The notes beneath the pieces were generated by a model that saw only the letters and a program-made list of their open reading frames with translations, did not search any database and had not been told where the DNA came from. Both the position numbers and the translations under genes were made by a program. 64,000 bases of DNA from a virus (Duplodnaviria; Heunggongvirae; Uroviricota; Caudoviricetes), in the IMG/VR virus record IMGVR_UViG_3300032007_000002. One strand, 5' to 3'. Shown piece by piece: positions 57,801-64,000 of the stretch. Position 1 is the stretch's first letter, and every line of letters begins with the position of its first letter.

Positions 57801-59872
57801 TTTCCCTGCTTGAATGCCTGTTCAAAACTGAGGTTTTCGAGCGCGACTTCAATCTCGCAAGTGTCGCCGTCCTTCGTGGAAAGCGGGGCGGGAAGATGGA
57901 TGAATGTCGGCTTGACGACGGTTGTCCCGTCTTCTTTCGGCTTGAGCTCGTTGTAGATGGTGACCACATGGCGGTTGCACTCGTAACGCTCGATATTGCC
58001 TTCCCCGTCGTCTTCCTCGTAGTCGAGGTTGCCTACCGGGTATGCGTCGCCCGTGACGTGGGCGCCTTCGCGGACGAGCGTGATGCTGTTGTTGTAGTCA
58101 ACGTTGCTGTATGGCGTATGCCCGGTAAACGGCCAGTCCCTCGGGAGGGCGGGCTCGTTGGTCATGTCCACCTTGGCGTCGCTGTTGGAGCCGTAACCCC
58201 AGTGGATTACCGGGTGGCTGGGTTCCTGCTCGTATGCGGGAGTACCGTCGTCCATCTCCGCGGTAACCGCTGCGCCGGTTTCTCCGGTGTAGTAGCCGCC
58301 GAGGCCGAAGTTCTCGATGTTCACCACGGAACCCTTGGCGTTGGTGAACGGGGTGGAACCCGGATAGAGGAACCAGTTCACGAAGGCGCCGGCATCGCGT
58401 TCCGTGCTGTATGCGTTCTTGGAAATTCCTTCCGTGCTGTCCTGGACGAACCCGAACACTTCCTTGTCGCTGTAACCCTTGCGGAAGTGGGGGATGTTCT
58501 TCACTCCGTTACATGCCCAGACGTTGTCACTTAAACTCGGGTCGGCAAACGGGTTATGTTCGCGGTCAGACATGTCAGCAATGTTGGGAATTTCAACATA
58601 CTGGTCCTGCATCGTCCCTTCGATAATGTCCTGTGGCATGTCGGAGATGCGGATGAAGCTGTACGTATCGGTGTCTGCATCCTTCGTGAGCGAGTAAACT
58701 CCGTTTCCGGTGTTCTGCGCGGTGAGCGACACGATTGTATCGTCACCGACATCTATTTCGACATCGACCGTGTCGCGGCCAACATGTGTCACCGTGCATC
58801 CGGCGGGGATGTCGATGAGGAAGGTCGTGGTATCGGTAGTCGCGTCGTAGGCGACCTGTTCGACTTCCGCCACGGTTACTTGCAGCGCGGTTCCTTCGAT
58901 GTCGGAACCGGGTGCGGCGACCGGGGTGAGGCTGACTATGGCGTCCGCGGTTGCGCTGAAATCACCGAGAAGGGTGAACATCAGCTTGTCGCCAACCTTG
59001 TCGATGCTTTCCACCGGGATGCGGAACTTGCCTTCCGAGTAACGGACCTTCTGGCGGAACACGATATCCGCTTGTGTATTTTCATACTTGACGCCGTATG
59101 ACTGCTTGAGGAACAGCGGGTTACGGGTCCGGTCGTAGTCGTCGCCGCATGTCGGCTCGTTCGGGACGCCGGACTGGTTCACTTCCGGGAACCCTATCGG
59201 GCTAATCTCGATGTTGCCGTTGTCCTTGACGATGATGTCGCTCTGCGGCCAGTTGACGTAGCTGGCGATGCGGTCGCTTTCCGCGTCATATTCGCTCTTG
59301 AACCCGGATATGTAATGGCCGAGCCAGGTTTCCGCGTTGAAGTCGGTAGTGACGGTGTCTTCCGCCGCATCGACTATCTGGAACCCGTTGGCCACCGCAT
59401 ACAGTTCGGCCGTGTCGGGAACGTCGATGATTTCGAAGAAGATGCCTTCCGCGGTTGCGCCCATGTCGTCCACGGGCAGCGTGATTGTTACCGACTGCTG
59501 GGGATTTACGGTAAACGGTTCCTTGCGGTACGTGCCGTCGATGGACACGTTTACGGTGAACGGGCGGTCAAGGAGTGTGCCGTTGTCGTGTGCGGCGATT
59601 GCGAAGTTGAATTTCAGGAACTTGCCGTCCTCGATGCTTTCCGGCATCGCGGCGAACTTGAGGGCGGCCTTGCGGCTGCCGATGGAGCCGGTAGTGCGCC
59701 GGCGGAACGTCATGCAGACGTAGTAGGGCTGTACGGAACCCATGGGGAGCCGGTCGCTGGGCCAGGCTACCGACACGTCGGTGTCCGTGCCGCTACGCAG
59801 CACTGCGTCGCCCGCCTTTGGGAGGTCTTCAAAAGTGGCGTTTCCGCCAATCCACAGATCGATGCTGGCCAT
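54803..59872 (-). CDS. very large (~1690 aa) acidic virion/baseplate protein
   Basis: Long ORF under late promoter, beta-rich; motifs shared with 28041-29897. Confidence 0.6.
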   Translation of the reverse strand: MASIDLWIGGNATFEDLPKAGDAVLRSGTDTDVSVAWPSDRLPMGSVQPYYVCMTFRRRTTGSIGSRKAALKFAAMPESIEDGKFLKFNFAIAAHDNGTLLDRPFTVNVSIDGTYRKEPFTVNPQQSVTITLPVDDMGATAEGIFFEIIDVPDTAELYAVANGFQIVDAAEDTVTTDFNAETWLGHYISGFKSEYDAESDRIASYVNWPQSDIIVKDNGNIEISPIGFPEVNQSGVPNEPTCGDDYDRTRNPLFLKQSYGVKYENTQADIVFRQKVRYSEGKFRIPVESIDKVGDKLMFTLLGDFSATADAIVSLTPVAAPGSDIEGTALQVTVAEVEQVAYDATTDTTTFLIDIPAGCTVTHVGRDTVDVEIDVGDDTIVSLTAQNTGNGVYSLTKDADTDTYSFIRISDMPQDIIEGTMQDQYVEIPNIADMSDREHNPFADPSLSDNVWACNGVKNIPHFRKGYSDKEVFGFVQDSTEGISKNAYSTERDAGAFVNWFLYPGSTPFTNAKGSVVNIENFGLGGYYTGETGAAVTAEMDDGTPAYEQEPSHPVIHWGYGSNSDAKVDMTNEPALPRDWPFTGHTPYSNVDYNNSITLVREGAHVTGDAYPVGNLDYEEDDGEGNIERYECNRHVVTIYNELKPKEDGTTVVKPTFIHLPAPLSTKDGDTCEIEVALENLSFEQAFKQGNVKDLSGYYALIAQPRVYVCGGFQEFSTTRYPITDLNIGSGSFTFKTTEAIRDLNGEPIVHNPDTEGDHDSVTGVSLPVRVHLTNSATEPAEAWVDGIATAETYPSDEDPAPTTITVNGDFPWSVSDRRFVIGNVAVCGVVFVRLNQEIDPETPTTLNMGLRTRCENLIGLPDGGTGESGKLQEFNRFFSLSDDLTDTTRTHFPEGDKRYLLATVFQGATNTFQWKLSGRKRLNSIAEAMTMWADAGTDSITDRAWHANYDLVNHFANPGDFDDFSRITHKDGVLAFSADDVPLTYAKGSDSRDDGAGHTGPTGSESAIAYRLRVKMPATSKDTVSDASGNPVRQAAKAYQQLIEDFSKLRLRLDYNSLFSSEGTTIDVGVEPRSAFPAIDGFFDRDTTDTNDYEAYELDGVGDDMWLFKPKTMPRLLVNAFFDYEAASASPKWEGFRAKFRDYIDNLPYYKDATLYSVPKEIEAPVDDDIGMPGTQYEPCNRILIDVVSDMLNADGRIKTKSIAVMLDDFRRLADLQTVDYDESLRRIETAAGNYGAAQFFCPFVDMVSLDSAEAPVIDASTAEQLTSEQRELLPADVIRQYGWAGNNNNTAFISEFQPDENDNSGALANLIKTYLPLQQSKFGRRFYSSSRVVVHDGTIEDQNVYDRYKLEAELSAGSDGDRMNRFVCDNFISDPVNSFDPNADWFTVNENRVISSLSSAPYMWLNNAQEGLKPEFHDQATYTRVYMSFTFSAKLGRWLTTGYRQYPSTYLTPLYGNRALSEKLPTAEGEHEIWANSACDNISSSYKGLEYVPYGMISPMDIHVSCIPALYKDNPFLDTGVLNPDLANDVDKEASSGPKATLMARLRKPYMPVSDGGIGLNIPCNVNGEYNAGVNYMSKVEHANIWSVRKYIRPATGALGKQGVIDIPGLEGYDDGSIGSPGLYNMFDWPARNVTRYALPDQHSPTDDRTSPTLMWALPGGETGGRLMARTGGEDHPIGHVTPSMLE

Positions 59873-59900
59873 TGGTTCCGTCAATTCTAGTTACTGTCCC

Positions 59901-59949
59901 TAGTTTATATCCGCCAGGGGGTCGGAGGAAGGTTTCGGACTATAAACTA
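59901..59949. promoter_or_regulatory. divergent pair of late promoters
   Basis: TAGTTTATA 59901-59909 (-) and TATAAACTA 59941-59949 (+). Confidence 0.8.
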
Positions 59950-59974
59950 CGGATGTAAGACTTACGGTAACCAA

Positions 59975-61333
59975 ATGGCAGGTAAAGGAATTAACAAGCG
60001 CATCATTGAACTTGACGAGTTTGCCAGGAACGGTGACGTAGACCCGGACGTAAACATCGACCGCCTCCAGAACGACTGGCCCGACAATAGCCAGCCGTGG
60101 AGCGCCAACTGGTGGATTCCCCTTGACTGCAAGCCCGCGGAAGGTGCTACCGACCTTGAAGACCACGGGACGCTGCGGTTGCCGTTTTCCCGTGTCGCCA
60201 TGCTGGACCAGTCCGGCAAGGTGCCGAACGCGATGCTTCCTGGCTATGTTGACGAGTGGGTGCTTGGCGAAATGACCATCACGACCGGGACGGGCGGGGC
60301 GGAAACGCAATACCTGTTCCACCCGACCGATGGAAGCGGCGCCGATTACGAGTGCCCGGTAATTACTCCGGGTTCGGACCACAGGAAGCCGGAAGGCCGC
60401 TTTGTGTATGTCGCCCGGAAGGTTACTATAAAGGACGCGGAAGGTGAACATGTTATTGTTGACGGGTCAACTACTCCATCCGAAGTCCAGTATCGCTATC
60501 TGGAAACTGCTGGCGGGAGCGGATATTTCTCCCCAATTCCCCAGACGATGGTATTGAAGGATGGGCGCGGCACGCTCGTTGTGCTCGGTGATGCCGACCA
60601 GGAAGTTGACATCAATATCGGCACCCCGCAGAACAAGGCGAGCGGAGCAACCAACCCGCTTGCCATCGCTACACAGGACGGGAAGGATAAACTGATCCAC
60701 TGCAACAGCGGTGTGACTGCCGGAACTTACACTGTTCTCCGTAAGAACGACAACATAACCGTGCTGTCCGACATGGAGATTGACGCGCAGGGGCACGTCA
60801 CCGGATTCGTGGATAAGTCTGGAACCCCGAGCATTGCGGATTACCTGAATTACTGCCCGATTACATCAAACTACGGTTATAAGCATGGTGTGAAGGATGG
60901 GTCGGAATACAACCATCTGTTCCCACCAACGACTGACGACCGGTCGGTGCTCGAAGTTGTGGCAAATACCAATGCAATTAACAACTTTAAGGGCGGTCAT
61001 CACTACCGGATAAGCATGGACATCCAGTATGATGTGGCAAGTTTGGCAGCGGAGTTTGCCCGGTTCTCGTCTTATATTCAGTTTACGTCAGACCAGGAAT
61101 ACCAAAAATTCATGCTTGGTGACAGTGTACTGAATTTGGCGGTTCAGTACCCCCAATTCATTCATATTGACGCCGTGGTTAAAGTTCCAGGAAACGCTAC
61201 CACATCCGCCGAACTTGGTTTTATGTTCGGATTGCCGGAAGATGGGCAGCAATTCCCGTCCGAGGGCGCCTATACTACCCGGAAGGATGACAGCACCCGA
61301 GTGGTGCGTTACTCCATCCGCGAGTTGCTCTAA
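59975..61333 (+). CDS. short tail fibre-like protein
   Basis: VAMLDQSGKVP...LP.YVD and H.NSGVTAGTY...IDAQGHVT fibre motifs. Confidence 0.72.
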   Translation: MAGKGINKRIIELDEFARNGDVDPDVNIDRLQNDWPDNSQPWSANWWIPLDCKPAEGATDLEDHGTLRLPFSRVAMLDQSGKVPNAMLPGYVDEWVLGEMTITTGTGGAETQYLFHPTDGSGADYECPVITPGSDHRKPEGRFVYVARKVTIKDAEGEHVIVDGSTTPSEVQYRYLETAGGSGYFSPIPQTMVLKDGRGTLVVLGDADQEVDINIGTPQNKASGATNPLAIATQDGKDKLIHCNSGVTAGTYTVLRKNDNITVLSDMEIDAQGHVTGFVDKSGTPSIADYLNYCPITSNYGYKHGVKDGSEYNHLFPPTTDDRSVLEVVANTNAINNFKGGHHYRISMDIQYDVASLAAEFARFSSYIQFTSDQEYQKFMLGDSVLNLAVQYPQFIHIDAVVKVPGNATTSAELGFMFGLPEDGQQFPSEGAYTTRKDDSTRVVRYSIRELL

Positions 61334-61938
61334 GAAACGGCAACCAGCCTGACTTCTTTTGTGTCCCAGTCGAACCCGTCTGGGACACTTTCTTTTATCG
61401 CATAAAGCAGGCCCTTGTTCTGCAGTGCAATGACATATTCATGGGATTCCGCGACTAGGTCGTAGATTAGTTCCTTGTTCACGGGGAGCGTCATTTGGCG
61501 TTCGCGCTTTACCTTTGCCGTCTCGACAGTGTCTTCGTCGTCGATGCGCCATTCGTCGGAAACGGAGAGCTCCCCTTCGTACAGTTCGTCCGGCGACGGG
61601 TTCATGCCCAGTGCGACGAGGGTCGTGCTTGCCTTCTGCGCCCGCCGTTCGATCACGTCGTTGATGCGGGACTCGTATTCAATCAGGTCAATCGCCCTGA
61701 ATTGTACGAAACGCGGGGTTTCCGATATGGCTTTCTTGTAGTATTCCTTCAATTCCGGGGATAGCGATGCCGGGTCCAGTTCGGCGAACGAGTTGAAACG
61801 GTCGTTTTCGCTCCAGCACCCGCGGTCACCGAGGATGATGTGCTTGAAGTCGAGGGTAACAGGGCCATTGCCGGCGAGATGCCATTCATTGGTGCCCTTG
61901 TCGCGCCATTCGGCGTATAGCGATATGTGATGGCTCAT
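61330..61938 (-). CDS. hypothetical phage protein
   Basis: Probable start MSHHISLYAE with GGAGG RBS and TAGTTTT box; ends VRLV. Confidence 0.7.
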   Translation of the reverse strand: MSHHISLYAEWRDKGTNEWHLAGNGPVTLDFKHIILGDRGCWSENDRFNSFAELDPASLSPELKEYYKKAISETPRFVQFRAIDLIEYESRINDVIERRAQKASTTLVALGMNPSPDELYEGELSVSDEWRIDDEDTVETAKVKRERQMTLPVNKELIYDLVAESHEYVIALQNKGLLYAIKESVPDGFDWDTKEVRLVAVS

Positions 61939-62010
61939 GGGAAACCTCCGTTTGCAGGTAAAACTATATTTTCCGGCAGCTTTCGGAAAGTTTTTGCTAT
62001 ATTTCCTTGC

Positions 62011-63150
62011 ATGGAAAAGGAAATTACTGCATCCGGCGAGAAAATCGCCATCATTGGTGACCTCCACCTGTCCCCGAAGTGCGAGAACGCGTCTATCCGT
62101 TCCGCCGTCGTGGGTGGCCAGGAGGCGTTTATCGACAAGTTGGTAGCCGACCTCCACGAGCAGGGCATCAAGAAGGCCGTGTTCTGCGGCGACCTGTTTA
62201 CCACGCGCACGTTTATCTCGGTCACCGGCCTTGAATACGCAATCGACATGTTCAGGAACAAGCTGAAGGACATCGAGTGCTATGTCATCGCGGGAAACCA
62301 CGACCTCGCGTATGAGAACAGTGCGGAAAGCACTTCCATCAGGTTCCTCGAACTGCTCCCGAATGTGCATGTCTTCGTCGATACGATCGGCAAGGCAAAG
62401 CTCGCCGGCAAGCAGTTCTTCTTCGTTCCGTGGATTGTCACCCCGGAGAAGGAGATCGAAGTGCGCAAGTGGCTCGAAAAGCTGGCTACGAAGTCCGCGG
62501 CGACCCGTGCGAACACGGTCATTGTCGGGCACTTCGACATTTTCGGCGCCCTCATGGAAGCGGGACAGATGTCCCCGGGCGGCATCGAGCCGGATAAGTT
62601 CACCGACGCGGTAGGCCTCACGATTTCCGGCCACTACCACTGCCGGTCCGAAATCGTCAGGACCAATTCCAAGATCGTGTATGCGGGTAGCCCGTATCAC
62701 CTGTCCTTCGCCCATGTGGGAACGGACTGCGGCTATTACATCTACGACGGCAACGAGATGCAGTTCGTGGAAAATAAGGTTTCCCCGCGTTTCATCGACA
62801 TCACCGACACCGAATATGTCGACGAGGAGACCGGCGACCTTTCCAAGTGCCTTGTCCGTCTGTTCCTTAACAGGGACTGCTCCGATGCCGAACAGGTTGT
62901 CCTGAAGCATTCCATCGAACAGCATAAGCCGCTCCACATCAAGACCGTCCCGTATGGAGACGCCGACGACATCGAAGATCTCCGTATCGCCGATGACGAG
63001 GAGACCAGGAAGCTGCTCAATGCCGACCAGTTCGGCATGGCCGAAATGTATCTCGCGAAGCATCCCGAAAAACTGCCAACACTTCACTCCGGCAAGGACC
63101 CTGCAAAGGAAATCCTCCGGTTCCTGTCCGAATATGCGGACAAGCAGTAG
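62011..63150 (+). CDS. gp47/SbcD/Mre11-like recombination nuclease
   Basis: IGDLH, CGDLF, AGNHD, VPWI, VGHF, SGHYH, Y.GSPY.L.F, G.Y..D motifs of T4 gp47. Confidence 0.88.
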   Translation: MEKEITASGEKIAIIGDLHLSPKCENASIRSAVVGGQEAFIDKLVADLHEQGIKKAVFCGDLFTTRTFISVTGLEYAIDMFRNKLKDIECYVIAGNHDLAYENSAESTSIRFLELLPNVHVFVDTIGKAKLAGKQFFFVPWIVTPEKEIEVRKWLEKLATKSAATRANTVIVGHFDIFGALMEAGQMSPGGIEPDKFTDAVGLTISGHYHCRSEIVRTNSKIVYAGSPYHLSFAHVGTDCGYYIYDGNEMQFVENKVSPRFIDITDTEYVDEETGDLSKCLVRLFLNRDCSDAEQVVLKHSIEQHKPLHIKTVPYGDADDIEDLRIADDEETRKLLNADQFGMAEMYLAKHPEKLPTLHSGKDPAKEILRFLSEYADKQ

Positions 63151-64000
63151 CATACTCGTAGATGCGGTCGCGACCCTAGCGATGAAGGACCCGGGAATTC
63201 TCCGGGTCTGGTCGCTTATACATCCTGTCATTGACGACAGGTCTGACATAGCATACAAGTCAAGGATTGACGGAGACCACCTGGCCTTCGTGTACAATCC
63301 GGCGCTACTGGAAAAGGTGGGATGCCGAATGGCTTCCCGCTTCGTCTACATGGAGTGCCTGCGCCTCCTGCTCGGGCATTACGACAAGCGCAGGAAGCCG
63401 GACATGGCCATCTGCAAGCTGGCGAGCGACATAGTTACCGGGACGATTACGATGCGGGCCATACCGCCCGACGGAGAGACTGCGGGCATCACTAGCCTGG
63501 TGCCGACATACGACAAGTATGTCAACGTTCTTGCCCGGCACCGCATCAGCTACCCGAACGAGAACTTCACGATAGAAGCCATCTACGACGCCCTGATGGA
63601 GGAGAACGAGACAATCCCCGAACCCATCGCTGACGCCGAGAAGGAAAACCCTGGCCCGGAAGGCGAGCCGGGCGATAAACAGCAACCTCCCGACGATAGC
63701 CGGGAAAGGAAGGACGAATCCGATGAAAGCAAGACTGGCGAAACTAATAAAGCTGATGGCGGAAGCGCTGGCGGAGATGGTGACGGTGAACTATCTGGCG
63801 AGTGTGACGGGTCTCCCTGCGATCCTGATGGACCTGATAACTCTTCGGATGAACAGGAAGAACAGGATGAAGCTAACGCTGCTGGCGGGTCTGCTTGCAA
63901 TGGCGACGGTGACGGCACGCCGTCACGGGAAGAAATTATCCAGGACGTTTTTAGATACGTGCCGCCTGATGGCGCATGGAACGGAACCGATGACACCGAG
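63134..64000 (+). CDS. DUF2201/VWA-associated metallopeptidase-like protein, degenerate (runs off window)
   Basis: YNP.LL...YMECLRLLLGH..R.......LASD then acidic low-complexity linker; not in the ORF track because there is no stop in the window. Confidence 0.6.
   Translation, partial: MRTSSSILVDAVATLAMKDPGILRVWSLIHPVIDDRSDIAYKSRIDGDHLAFVYNPALLEKVGCRMASRFVYMECLRLLLGHYDKRRKPDMAICKLASDIVTGTITMRAIPPDGETAGITSLVPTYDKYVNVLARHRISYPNENFTIEAIYDALMEENETIPEPIADAEKENPGPEGEPGDKQQPPDDSRERKDESDESKTGETNKADGGSAGGDGDGELSGECDGSPCDPDGPDNSSDEQEEQDEANAAGGSACNGDGDGTPSREEIIQDVFRYVPPDGAWNGTDDTE

Noticed and set aside
63188-63208. Hairpin GACCCGGGA-att-CTCCGGGTC as a terminator
   Set aside because: It lies within a coding frame and has no U-tract
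1-64000. Stop-codon reassignment (common in jumbo phages)
   Set aside because: Coding density is near complete with the standard code, and TAA, TAG and TGA all end genes at sensible boundaries
1-64000. CRISPR array, tRNA, rRNA, DGR template/variable repeat pair
   Set aside because: Intergenic gaps are short and explained by promoters and terminators; no regular repeats, cloverleaves or reverse transcriptase seen by eye

Overview
The window is a gene-dense segment of a large T4-superfamily (probably jumbo) myophage genome, mostly virion genes. Recognisable core genes are a gp20-like portal (13883-15568), a gp23-like major capsid protein (15754-17250), the C-terminal end of a gp46/Rad50-like ATPase (left edge) and a gp47/Mre11-like nuclease (62011-63150). 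It also holds a probable scaffold, a lysozyme+peptidase virion hydrolase, many large baseplate/tail-fibre proteins, two HNH proteins and cargo genes (four glycosyltransferases, radical SAM, patatin, MFS transporter, SLOG protein, histidine-phosphatase fusion). Two promoter classes can be read directly: a phage late motif TATAAACTA (13 exact copies found by eye, almost all just upstream of genes) and a host-type -10 box (TATATTT/TAGTTTT) that often drives leaderless genes. The top finding is a separately transcribed 62-aa gene right after the capsid gene that aligns without gaps to the clip (terminase-docking) region of the phage's own portal, i.e. a candidate portal mimic/decoy. A second system is a dispersed family of late genes sharing an N-terminal 'AIFE' leader that looks like a capsid-targeting, protease-cleaved propeptide. 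No tRNA, rRNA or CRISPR array was seen. All homology calls are by eye from motifs; no searches were run.
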